Source: Thauera sp. (GTDB lineage Bacteria > Pseudomonadota > Gammaproteobacteria > Burkholderiales > Rhodocyclaceae). Taken from it: a stretch of DNA of 40,000 nucleotides. The DNA is taken from contig JANJTU010000314.1 of NCBI GenBank assembly GCA_024710965.1, positions 25,222 through 65,221 on the forward strand, written 5' to 3'. The number at the start of each line of letters is the position of its first letter. The stretch's first letter is position 1. Positions 25,403 to 33,667 of the stretch are shown here, in pieces. The position numbers and the translations under genes were made by a program. The notes beneath the pieces were generated by a model that worked only from the letters and a program-made list of their open reading frames with translations, was not told the origin of the DNA and did not search any database.

Positions 25403-26266
25403 TCAGAAGTGGAACTCCAGGTTGAGCGTGGCGGCATCGGTGTCGACGCCGGGAATGCCGTGGTTGCCGAACTTGTTGCGCCACAGTTCGTAGCCGACCC
25501 CCATCAGGAAGGTATTCTTCCTGCCGAACGCCAGCTGGCCGACGTCGAGCATCAGGGCCGACCGGAACAGGGTCTCGCTGGCGGTCTCCTTGTTGAAATA
25601 ATCCTTGCCCTTCTTGCCGTTGTAGGCCAGAAAGCCCTGGTATTTCAGCGGCAGGCTGGCGAGCTGGAACGGAATCCCCCACGCCGCCTCGAGGCGCGCA
25701 TAGGGGTCGAAGCGGATGTCGGTGTTGAAGCCCGGCACCGTGCCGCAGGCCGGCAGGCCACAGTGGTTCCATTCCTGCGTGTACAGCAGGCTGACGTCGA
25801 GAAAGCCGGGCACGTCGAACTTGAAGGTGGGGCCGACGACGAGCATGCGCTTGCGCGGCGCGAAGGCGGAGTTCTTGGTCTGCAGGTCGAAGCCGGCGCT
25901 GATCGCGACGTCCTTCACCGGGCCGAAGGCGAGCGGCGCCGCGCGCAGCTTGCCGAGGTGAAGCTGGTGGCGATAGGCGAGGTAGAACTCGGTGGCGCCG
26001 TTGCTGCTGCCGTTGGCCGGGTCGGCGCTGTCGGAGTTCAGCACGTCGAGGTTGAAGAAGTTCTGCCCATAGGTGTAGCCGCCGACGTAGCTGAACTGGA
26101 CGATGTGCTTGCGCGTGTCTTCGCCGTTGCCGGGGTCGTGAAAATCCGTGCCGACGCGGTAGCCGATCAGGGCATCGGACCAGGTGGCGGCAGCAGCGGG
26201 CATCGACGCCATGGCGCCAAGGCCCAGCAGCACGGCGCAGGTAAGGTTCTTCGGATTGATTGCCAT
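25403..26266 (-). CDS. Outer-membrane beta-barrel channel (Tsx/OmpK-like guess)
   Basis: Signal peptide MAINPKNLTCAVLLGLGAMASMPAAA, alternating amphipathic strands rich in Tyr/Gly/Asn, and a C-terminal ...LNLEFHF ending in Phe. AGGAGA lies upstream of the ATG at 26266. The subfamily assignment is a guess. Confidence 0.7.
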   Translation of the reverse strand: MAINPKNLTCAVLLGLGAMASMPAAAATWSDALIGYRVGTDFHDPGNGEDTRKHIVQFSYVGGYTYGQNFFNLDVLNSDSADPANGSSNGATEFYLAYRHQLHLGKLRAAPLAFGPVKDVAISAGFDLQTKNSAFAPRKRMLVVGPTFKFDVPGFLDVSLLYTQEWNHCGLPACGTVPGFNTDIRFDPYARLEAAWGIPFQLASLPLKYQGFLAYNGKKGKDYFNKETASETLFRSALMLDVGQLAFGRKNTFLMGVGYELWRNKFGNHGIPGVDTDAATLNLEFHF

Positions 26267-26351
26267 CGTCTCCTCTCTCGGGCGGGACCGGCATTCTTCC
26301 GATGCCGGTTCGGCAGCCTTGTCGCTGCCGGTTGTTTTACCTATGAAACGT

Positions 26352-26369
26352 CGTTCCCTTTTTGGAACG
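26352..26369. promoter_or_regulatory. Inverted repeat CGTTCC-N6-GGAACG in the divergent control region
   Basis: CGTTCC (26352-26357), CTTTTT, GGAACG (26364-26369). It shares the CGTTCCCT and TGGAAC words with the 26592-26628 site. Confidence 0.3.
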
Positions 26370-26610
26370 AAGCGAACCGTACTCGCCGATCTGCGCCATC
26401 AGCAATAAGGGTTTACCCCTATTCAAGATCGGATGCAGATGAGGCATGCGCGCAAGCGTGTCGCCGACCGCCCGGTCGCGACCCGCACCTGGCCAAGCCC
26501 GGCATCGAATTTCTGGATCACATCAATCAACAGGCGTCAATCCGTAATTTCCCTAATTACGCCGCCTCATCATGCGCACCTAAGGTTGCCGCGTTCCCTA
26601 TATAACTCAC

Positions 26611-26628
26611 TGTTTCATATATGGAACA
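26611..26628. promoter_or_regulatory. 18-bp near-palindrome TGTTTCATATATGGAACA (candidate operator)
   Basis: 8 of 9 positions pair (TGTT.CATA/TATG.AACA). It lies in the most AT-rich part of the 26267-26773 intergenic region, between the divergent outer-membrane/ABC operon and the cupin gene. Confidence 0.35.
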
Positions 26629-26773
26629 TCAACTGCCTGCCGGCGCCGCCGACGTCTTCCTGGCGCCGGACGCACCGCAACCCGGCCCAGGAAGCCAGGC
26701 CGCCCGCTGCGCGTGACGTCGGCGACGGACGCGCAAGAACGAGAGGCCAGACCAATACACGTGGAGGATCACG

Positions 26774-27319
26774 ATGAACGAGCACATCGCAGGACTGGCG
26801 GCCGACGCCAGCCATACCCTTGAACGCCCGAGCGGCGCGTCATTCGACGAGTGGATGAACTCGCGCTGCGTGCTGCGCTCGACGCGCAGGTACGACTGGG
26901 ATGCGCTGAAGTTCCAGACCGAGGTCGACCCGACCTACGCGCGGGCGCAGATGCGCTATGTGGGCACCGGCGGCACCGGCGTAAACAGCGACGCCAACGT
27001 CGTCCCGGCCGTCCATTTCACCTTCTCGACGATGAAGATTCCGGTCGGCCACACCGGCCCGCTGCACCTGCACACCGATACCGAGGAGATCTTCTTCGTG
27101 CTGCGCGGCAAGGTGAAGGTGTTCTGCGAGTCGCTCGAAGGCGAGCAGTGGGAGACCGTCGTCGGCGAGCGCGACCTGATCTCCGTGCCGCCCGGCGTCT
27201 ATCGCGGCGAGCAGAACGTCGGCGACGAGGAAGCGCTGATGTGTGTCATGCTCGGCTCGCCCCGGCCGGTGACGCCGACCTACAAGCCCGGCGACCCGCT
27301 CGCCGCGATCAAGCGCTGA
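26774..27319 (+). CDS. Cupin-domain protein
   Basis: GGAGGA lies upstream of the ATG. Cupin motif 1: GHTGPLHLHTDTEEIFFVLRG (G-x5-HxH-x3-E-x6-G). Confidence 0.8.
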   Translation: MNEHIAGLAADASHTLERPSGASFDEWMNSRCVLRSTRRYDWDALKFQTEVDPTYARAQMRYVGTGGTGVNSDANVVPAVHFTFSTMKIPVGHTGPLHLHTDTEEIFFVLRGKVKVFCESLEGEQWETVVGERDLISVPPGVYRGEQNVGDEEALMCVMLGSPRPVTPTYKPGDPLAAIKR

Positions 27320-27456
27320 GCGGCGCGTCGCGGCCCACCCGAGTCGCGCCGGCGAGCCGGCAGCAAGACCCCGCCCCGCCCGGCCCGCCGGGCATGCCGC
27401 GCGGCGCGGCTGCCGGCCCCGCGCGGGCGCCCACAACCCGCCCACCGGAGGTGTCC

Positions 27457-28002
27457 ATGCCCATCCAGCCCTACCGCGACGTCGAGCCGGCACTCGCAGC
27501 CGGCGTCTATGTGCACCCGTCGGCACAGCTGATCGGCAACGTCGAGCTCGGCCGCGACTGCTCGATCTGGTGCAACAGCGTGCTGCGCGGCGACGTCAAC
27601 CGCATCGTCGTCGGCGCCTTCAGCAACATTCAGGACCTGTCGATGTGCCACGTCTCGCACCGGCACGCGGCGAAGCCCGACGGCTCGCCGCTCGTCATCG
27701 GCAGTTACGTCACCGTCGGCCATGGGGTGATCCTGCACGGCGGCACGATCGGCGACGCCTGCCTGATCGGCATGGGCTCGATCGTCATGGACGACGCCGT
27801 GATCGGGCCCGAGGTGATCCTCGGCGCGGGCAGCCTCGTGCCACCGGGCAAGGTCCTCGAAGGCGGCCATCTGTACGTCGGCCGCCCGGCGCTCGCGGTG
27901 CGTCCGCTGCGCGCCGACGAACGCGCGTACCTGCGCTACTCCGCCGAGCACTACGTCCGCCTCAAGGACGACTACCTCGCGCAGGCCGCGGGCGGGCGCT
28001 GA
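27457..28002 (+). CDS. Gamma-carbonic-anhydrase-like / left-handed beta-helix (hexapeptide) protein (YrdA/PaaY type)
   Basis: ATG at 27457 with GGAGG upstream. IWCNSVLRGDVNRIVVGAFSNIQDLSMCH...IGSYVTVGHGVILHGGTIGDACLIGMGSIVMDDAVIG shows hexapeptide repeats with the His ligand pattern. Confidence 0.85.
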   Translation: MPIQPYRDVEPALAAGVYVHPSAQLIGNVELGRDCSIWCNSVLRGDVNRIVVGAFSNIQDLSMCHVSHRHAAKPDGSPLVIGSYVTVGHGVILHGGTIGDACLIGMGSIVMDDAVIGPEVILGAGSLVPPGKVLEGGHLYVGRPALAVRPLRADERAYLRYSAEHYVRLKDDYLAQAAGGR

Positions 28003-28188
28003 GCGGCACCACCGGACTGCGGCGCGCCGGCGTGCGACGGCGGGCAAGTTTCGCGCGCGCGGGAATAAACGCCGGGCTGCAAACGTATACCTCCTTGCAG
28101 CCCGACCCCGCTGCCGACCCCACTGCCCGAACAAGGCGGCGCCGACCGCCGCCCGCCCGCGGCAGCCCCCAGCGCGAAAGGAACCCCG

Positions 28189-29193
28189 ATGAAGAAGATC
28201 ACCCCCGCCCTCGCCGCCTGCCTGGCGCTCGCCGCCACGCCGGCTCCGGCCGCCGATCCAGCCGCCGCCCCGGCGCCGGGCGCGACGCAGGTCGTCGACG
28301 CCCTCGAAGCCGCCTTCGGCGTCACGCCGGGCGAGCGCCGCAATCACACGAAGGGCAGCTGTGCGCGCGGCGAGTTCGTCGGCACGCCGGAGGCCGCGGC
28401 CTACTCGCGCTCGCTGCTCTTTTCCGGCACGCCGGTGCCGGTCATCGCCCGCTTCTCGCTCTCGGGCGGCAATCCGAAGGCGCCGGACACCGCCAGGAGC
28501 GGGCGCGGCATGGCTCTGCAGTTCCGCCTGCCCGACGGCGGCCTGCATCACATCACGATGCTCAACACGCCGATGTTCGGCGCGGCGCAGCCGCAGACCT
28601 TCCTCGACCTGATGCAGGCACTGCGGCCGGACCCGGCCACCGGCAAGCCCGACCCGGAGCGGATGAAGGCCTTCCGCGCCAGCCATCCGGACAGCCTCGC
28701 GCAGGCCGACTTCCTCGCCAGCAACAACCCGCCGGCGAGCTACAGCAGCAGCTCGTACTGGGGCATCCACACCTTCAGGTTCATCGACCGGGACGGCAAG
28801 GTGACGCCGGTGCGCTGGCGCTTCGTGCCGCGCGACGGCGACAAGCGCCTGAGCGATGCGGAACTGCGGACGGCCGGCGCCAACTTTCTCGAGCAGGCCC
28901 TGATCGCGCGCACGCAGCAGGGCCCGGTGGAATGGGACATGATGGTCTCGATCGGCCGGCCGGGCGACCCCGAGGACGATCCGACCCGGCTCTGGCCCGA
29001 CGACCGCGAGCTGATCAAGGCCGGGACGCTGCGCATCACCGCCGCCCGCGCGCAGAAGGGCGCCGAATGCGAGCCGATCAACTTCGACCCGCTGGTGATG
29101 GCCGACGGCATCGCGCCGAGCGACGACCCGGTGCTCCGCTTCCGCTCCCCGGCCTACGCGGTGTCCTTCGGCAGGCGCGCGAGCGGACAGTAG
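28189..29193 (+). CDS. Periplasmic catalase-related (small, catalase-core-like) heme protein
   Basis: Signal peptide MKKITPALAACLALAATPAPAA. RRNHTKGSCARGEF parallels the catalase distal-His block. VIARFSLSGGNPKAPDTARSGRGMALQF parallels the VRFSTV...RDPRGFA block. At 334 aa it is far shorter than a canonical catalase. Confidence 0.75.
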   Translation: MKKITPALAACLALAATPAPAADPAAAPAPGATQVVDALEAAFGVTPGERRNHTKGSCARGEFVGTPEAAAYSRSLLFSGTPVPVIARFSLSGGNPKAPDTARSGRGMALQFRLPDGGLHHITMLNTPMFGAAQPQTFLDLMQALRPDPATGKPDPERMKAFRASHPDSLAQADFLASNNPPASYSSSSYWGIHTFRFIDRDGKVTPVRWRFVPRDGDKRLSDAELRTAGANFLEQALIARTQQGPVEWDMMVSIGRPGDPEDDPTRLWPDDRELIKAGTLRITAARAQKGAECEPINFDPLVMADGIAPSDDPVLRFRSPAYAVSFGRRASGQ

Positions 29194-29410
29194 CGTCGAC
29201 CGCCGCCGGGTGCTTGGCGGGCTGCTCGCCGGCCTGTCCGCATCGCTCCGGCAAGCGGCTTGGCGCTGCCTGCGAGCCCCGTCCGGCGCGGCGGACCGGC
29301 GCCCGCGCCTCCCGGCCGGCACTCGAGCGGATGAGGAACTTCGCTCGGTCCCTGGCTTCACAGACAAGTGTCGCCGCGGGTGAGCGGCCGCAGGCCGGCG
29401 AAGTGAAATC

Positions 29411-30052
29411 ATGGCGCAGGAAATCAACCGCTGGAGCAGCTCGGACGTCTTGCCGATGTTCCCGACCCTGGTGTGGAAGGTGCAGCTGCAGCCTGCACTT
29501 CACGCAGCGATCGACGCGAAGCTCCTCGCCGTGCTGGAGCAGCTGCGGCGCGACGAGGCGCCGCTCGGCGCCGGCGAGGGCTGGCAGTCGGAGCAAACGC
29601 TGCATCGACGGGCGGAATTCGGCGAGCTGGAGGCGTGCATCGGCACCCTGGCGAAGAGCGTGCTGCGCTTCCTGCGCGTGGGTTACGACGCACTCGAGAT
29701 CACCGGCTGCTGGGCCAACGTCCTGGCCCCGGGCGCCGCCCACCGGGTCCATGCGCACCCGAACAACTTCCTGAGCGGCGTCTATTACCTCCGCGCGCAG
29801 CCGGGCGCGGACACGATCAGTTTCCACGACCCCAGGCCCCAGACGGCCATCATCCGGCCACCGGTCGTGGAACTCACGGCCGAGAACACCGACCAGGTGG
29901 TGGTGAGCGTGCGCGGCGGCACCCTGCTGATGTTTCCGTCCTACCTGCCGCACTCGGTCGATTCCAACCGCAGCGACCAGGATCGGGTGAGCATCAGCTT
30001 CAACCTCATGTTCGCCGCCTTCGCCGAGAAGGTGAGCAAGCCCCAGTGGTGA
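29411..30052 (+). CDS. TIGR02466-like putative 2OG-Fe(II) oxygenase family protein
   Basis: HRVHAHPNNFLSGVYYL, and later FPSYLPHSV...RVSISFN, fit the 2OG-FeII_Oxy_5/TIGR02466 pattern as I recall it. Confidence 0.7.
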   Translation: MAQEINRWSSSDVLPMFPTLVWKVQLQPALHAAIDAKLLAVLEQLRRDEAPLGAGEGWQSEQTLHRRAEFGELEACIGTLAKSVLRFLRVGYDALEITGCWANVLAPGAAHRVHAHPNNFLSGVYYLRAQPGADTISFHDPRPQTAIIRPPVVELTAENTDQVVVSVRGGTLLMFPSYLPHSVDSNRSDQDRVSISFNLMFAAFAEKVSKPQW

Positions 30053-30094
30053 TGCTGACCGGCGCACCGCCCCCACCGGGCGGCCAGCCACGCC

Positions 30095-31513
30095 TCAACC
30101 TGGCGGCCCCGAGGGCGCCGCGGGGGATGCCGGCTTCGCCTTGCGCAAGCCGCACAAACTGGCCATGAAGCCGCCCTGCGGAAGGTTCGCGGCCTCGAAG
30201 CGCCCGCCGTGCAACTCCATGATGCGGGCGACGATTGCCAGACCAAGACCATTGCCTTCCACCGTGCTGTCGCGCCCGCGGTAGAAGCGCTCCCCGAGGC
30301 GGGCAAGCGTCGCCGCCGGCACGCCCGGGCCATCGTCGCGCACCACCAGCCGGACACGGTCTTCGCCCTCGGGGTCGAGCCCGACCACAATCCGGCTCTG
30401 CGCCGGCGTGTAACGCACGGCGTTATCGACCAGGTTCCGCAGCGCGATCTGCAGCAGATCGGGATCGCCGATCACGGCCGGGGCGGCGGGCGGCAAGCGG
30501 TGGGCGACGTCCTGCGTCGCGGCAGGGTTGGCGCTGCGCACGGCGTCGATCGCGCCCTCGACCAGCGCCCGCAGATCGACCGCACGCGGATTGGGGAGCA
30601 CGTTGAGCGGGTCCAGGCGCGCCAGGCGCAGCAACTGCTCGACAAGGCGGGTGGCGCGGTCCACGCCGCATTCGATCTGCAGCAGCGCCCGCTCCCGCTG
30701 GCGGGCATCGGCACTCAGGCGCGCGACCTGGGTTTGCACCTTGACTGCCGCGAGCGGCGTGCGCAGTTCGTGCGCGGCATCGGCGGTAAAGCGGCGCTCG
30801 TTCTCCAGCGCGCGGCCGACGCGCACCATCAGGCGATTGATCGCCAGCACCAGCGGCCCGACCTCGGTGGGTACGCTGCGCCCGGACAGCGGCGCGAGGT
30901 TGTCCGGGCTGCGGGACGACACCTCCCGCGCCAGGCGGATGAGCGGGCGCAGAGCCCGCACCACCGACAGGTATATCAGCAGCAGCAGCAGCGGCGCGAT
31001 GATCGCCAGCGGCAGAACGGTCTGTCCGGCCACTTCCAGTGCCGCGCGATCGCGCAGCCCGATGGACTGGGACACCTGCACGCGGTGGCGGCCGTCGGCC
31101 GACACCGCGTTCAACACCCGCCACGACTGATCCTTGCGCAGGATGTCGCTGTAGCCGGGAACACCGAGCACGGGCAGATCCGGCGCGCCGATCGAGCGCG
31201 CCAGGATCGTGCCATCGCCTCGGCCAATCTGGAATTCGAGCGGTGGTTCGTAGATGTTGTCGGCAGCCCCCCTGACGGTGACGAGCCGGCTGGCGAGTTC
31301 GCCCAGGTCGTCCTCGTTGTCGTGCAGGATGGCCAGCAGCAGGCGCCCCGTCTGCGCGAGGTTGCCGTCCATGAGTTCCTCGGCCTCGTGTTGCGCCTGG
31401 GTGTAGCTGAGCCAGCCGGTGAGCAACCACAGCAGCGACACCGCCGCGCACACCGCCGCCAGCAGGCGCCAGCGCAGCGACCGCACGCCCGCAGCGAGCG
31501 GCAGGCGCCTCAC
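30095..31513 (-). CDS. Sensor histidine kinase (two transmembrane segments, periplasmic sensor, HAMP, HisKA, HATPase; QseC/PmrB-like architecture)
   Basis: H-box FTADAAHELRTPL, N-box LRNLVDNAVRYTP, G-boxes VRDDGPGV and GLGLAIV. Hydrophobic segments at ~aa 15-35 and ~165-185. The GTG start overlaps the regulator stop (GTGA). Confidence 0.9.
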   Translation of the reverse strand: MRRLPLAAGVRSLRWRLLAAVCAAVSLLWLLTGWLSYTQAQHEAEELMDGNLAQTGRLLLAILHDNEDDLGELASRLVTVRGAADNIYEPPLEFQIGRGDGTILARSIGAPDLPVLGVPGYSDILRKDQSWRVLNAVSADGRHRVQVSQSIGLRDRAALEVAGQTVLPLAIIAPLLLLLIYLSVVRALRPLIRLAREVSSRSPDNLAPLSGRSVPTEVGPLVLAINRLMVRVGRALENERRFTADAAHELRTPLAAVKVQTQVARLSADARQRERALLQIECGVDRATRLVEQLLRLARLDPLNVLPNPRAVDLRALVEGAIDAVRSANPAATQDVAHRLPPAAPAVIGDPDLLQIALRNLVDNAVRYTPAQSRIVVGLDPEGEDRVRLVVRDDGPGVPAATLARLGERFYRGRDSTVEGNGLGLAIVARIMELHGGRFEAANLPQGGFMASLCGLRKAKPASPAAPSGPPG

Positions 31514-32172
31514 TCCCCGCCCCCCAGCTGGTAGCCAAAGCCGCGGACCGTGCGGATGAAATCGGCGCCCAGCTTCTTGCGCAGATGGTGGATGTAGACT
31601 TCCACCGTATTGCTGCCCCGCTCGTCGCCCCAGGGGTACAGACTTTCCTCCAGCTGGCTGCGGCTGCGGATGTGGTTGGGGTGACTGAGCAGGTCATACA
31701 GGACGGCGTACTCGCGCGCGGACAAGAGCACCTCGCGCTCCTCGCAGCTCACGCGCTTGGTGGCCGGATCGAGGGTCACGCCACGATGCTCGAGCACCGG
31801 GCGCGCAAGCCCGCTGGCGCGGCGCACCAGTGCCCGGATGCGCGCCTGCAGTTCGCCCAGATCGAAGGGTTTGCCGAGGTAGTCGTCGGCGCCGGCATCC
31901 AGCCCGCCGATCTTGTCCTCCGGCGTGTCACGCGCGGTCAGCACGAGCACCGGGGTGCGGTCGCCGCCGCGACGCGCCTCCTTCAGGACCGCCAGCCCAT
32001 CCTTGCCCGGCAGGCCGAGGTCGAGAATGCAGGCGTCGTAGCTGTGACCGGCGAGGGCGAGCAGGGCCTGTTCGCCGCTCCTCACCCAGTCGACGGCGTA
32101 GGTGGCCAGTTCCAGTCCGGCACGGATGCCATCGCCGAGCAGGGCGTCGTCTTCGACCAGCAGGATCCTCAA
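31510..32172 (-). CDS. OmpR/PhoB-family response regulator
   Basis: (M)RILLVEDD...DACILDLGLPGKDG...VLVLTARD...GADDYLGKPF receiver domain, plus a winged-helix C-terminus (VEVYIHHLRKKLG...IRTVRGFGYQL). The start is taken as the TTG at 32172, preceded by GGAAGGAAAG. The long 268-aa ORF overlaps the upstream gene. Confidence 0.9.
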   Translation of the reverse strand: MRILLVEDDALLGDGIRAGLELATYAVDWVRSGEQALLALAGHSYDACILDLGLPGKDGLAVLKEARRGGDRTPVLVLTARDTPEDKIGGLDAGADDYLGKPFDLGELQARIRALVRRASGLARPVLEHRGVTLDPATKRVSCEEREVLLSAREYAVLYDLLSHPNHIRSRSQLEESLYPWGDERGSNTVEVYIHHLRKKLGADFIRTVRGFGYQLGGGE

Positions 32173-32173
32173 A

Positions 32174-32836
32174 TCACTTTCCTTCCGTGGCGATACGGTC
32201 GAGCAGCGCCTGGATCTCCTCTCGCCGCCCCGCATCGGCGAGCTCACGACCGGGCCGCGCCGGCGCCCTGAGCGCCTTCTGCAGGAATTGACGCCCCTCC
32301 GGCACCCGGCCGGCATCGATCAGATACTCGCCGTAGAAGAAGTTCGGGTCAATCCCGTCGGGGTTGATGGCGAGCGACTTGCGGAAAAGCGCCTCGGCCC
32401 GCTCCTTGTCGCCGAAGCCGAGCGGCCAGCCCGGCACCTTGGCATAGAGCGTGGCCAGGCTCGTATAGGCCGAGCCATTGAGTGCCGTCTCGTTGAGCTT
32501 GAGGCTTTCCTCCAGCAGCTGCCGGGCCTCCTTGGCGAGCGACAGCGCCCCCAGCCCGCCGCGGGCACCGGCTTCGCTGGACAGCACGATACCCTCCCAG
32601 ACCAGCGCCGCCGCCAGGTTCGGATGGGACTCCGACAGCTGGCGGGCCTGCTCGGCGAGGTCCCGATAGAGCCGGGCCTGCTCCTTCTCGGGTTGGCGGT
32701 ACTTGATCTCGGCCCATTGGCGCTGGATCGGGAGCACGATTTCGTCCGGCGCACTCGGCTGGGCCGCGGCGGGAAGACCGAAACTGATGGCGGTGACTGC
32801 GAGCAGACTGCCAATGATGGCGGTACGGAATGACAT
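32174..32836 (-). CDS. Periplasmic TPR-like repeat protein
   Basis: ATG at 32836 preceded by AGGAGA (32845-32850). Signal peptide MSFRTAIIGSLLAVTAISFGLPAAA. The body has helical repeats with TPR-like A/L/Y/G spacing (GSAYTSLATLYAKV...AEALFRKSLAINP...FFYGEYLIDAG). The stop lies 1 nt before the regulator's TTG. Confidence 0.7.
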   Translation of the reverse strand: MSFRTAIIGSLLAVTAISFGLPAAAQPSAPDEIVLPIQRQWAEIKYRQPEKEQARLYRDLAEQARQLSESHPNLAAALVWEGIVLSSEAGARGGLGALSLAKEARQLLEESLKLNETALNGSAYTSLATLYAKVPGWPLGFGDKERAEALFRKSLAINPDGIDPNFFYGEYLIDAGRVPEGRQFLQKALRAPARPGRELADAGRREEIQALLDRIATEGK

Positions 32837-32869
32837 GGATGGGTTCTCCTTCATGCTTGGGCGGGGAAT

Positions 32870-33667
32870 TCAGAGCCCGTCCCGGCGCGATCGGGCGTGC
32901 TGTTTGATGGTGGGCAGCTTGCCGCGCAGCCCTTGGTCGATCAGGCCGGGCGCGACGCCGTTGAGCCAGGCGAACAGGCGCTCGGGGAAACCGATGTGGC
33001 GCTCGACCGCGCCGCGCTCGATCATGCGGACGATGCGTCGCGCAACCGCCTCCGGGCGATCGCTGGCGTTACCCAGCGCGTGGTTCAGGGCCCTCACGGC
33101 CGGCGAGTTGAGCGGCGTGTCGATCGCCCGGGGCGAGACGTGCAGCACTCGCACCGAGCTATCTGCCAGCTCGCGCCGAAGGGCCTGGGAGAAGGCGTGC
33201 AGGCCGCCCTTGGCCGCGGAGTAGGCCGCGAAGCCGGCGAACGGAAGGCTGCCGAAGGCCGAGCCGATGTTCACGACCAGCGCACTGCGCTGCGCGCGCA
33301 GCAAGGGCAGCAAGGCCTGCGTGAGGCGCACCGGCGCGGACAGGTTGGTGGCGATGACGTGCTCCACGGTGCCCCAGTCCTGCTCTTCCAGCAGGCCAAA
33401 GCCGCCCACTCCGGCGTTGTTGATCAAGGCGTTGGCACGAAATTCGCGCGCGGCGGCCGTAAGTCTGGCGACGCCCTCTTCGGTCGTGAGCTCGGTGGCG
33501 AGGGTGTGGTACTCGCAGCCCGCGGGCATGGCGATGCGCGCCAGACGCCCGCCGTCCCGGCCGCTGAGCAGCACAGCCGCGCCGGCGCGGGCGAGCTGGC
33601 TGGCCAGCGCCGCGCCCAGACCGCCGCTGGCGCCGGTGAGGACGATGCGCGCGTCCGTCAGGCGCAT
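32870..33667 (-). CDS. SDR-family oxidoreductase
   Basis: LTGASGGLGAAL (TGxxxGxG), NNAG and YSAAKGG (YxxxK). The start overlaps the upstream gene stop by 10 nt. Confidence 0.9.
   Translation of the reverse strand: MRLTDARIVLTGASGGLGAALASQLARAGAAVLLSGRDGGRLARIAMPAGCEYHTLATELTTEEGVARLTAAAREFRANALINNAGVGGFGLLEEQDWGTVEHVIATNLSAPVRLTQALLPLLRAQRSALVVNIGSAFGSLPFAGFAAYSAAKGGLHAFSQALRRELADSSVRVLHVSPRAIDTPLNSPAVRALNHALGNASDRPEAVARRIVRMIERGAVERHIGFPERLFAWLNGVAPGLIDQGLRGKLPTIKQHARSRRDGL

Noticed and set aside
27280-29774. 715-aa minus-strand ORF (27280-29427) and 734-aa plus-strand ORF (27570-29774).
   Set aside because: These are Arg/Ala/Pro-rich shadow frames overlapping the gamma-CA-like and catalase-related genes, which have convincing motifs, signal peptides and RBSs.
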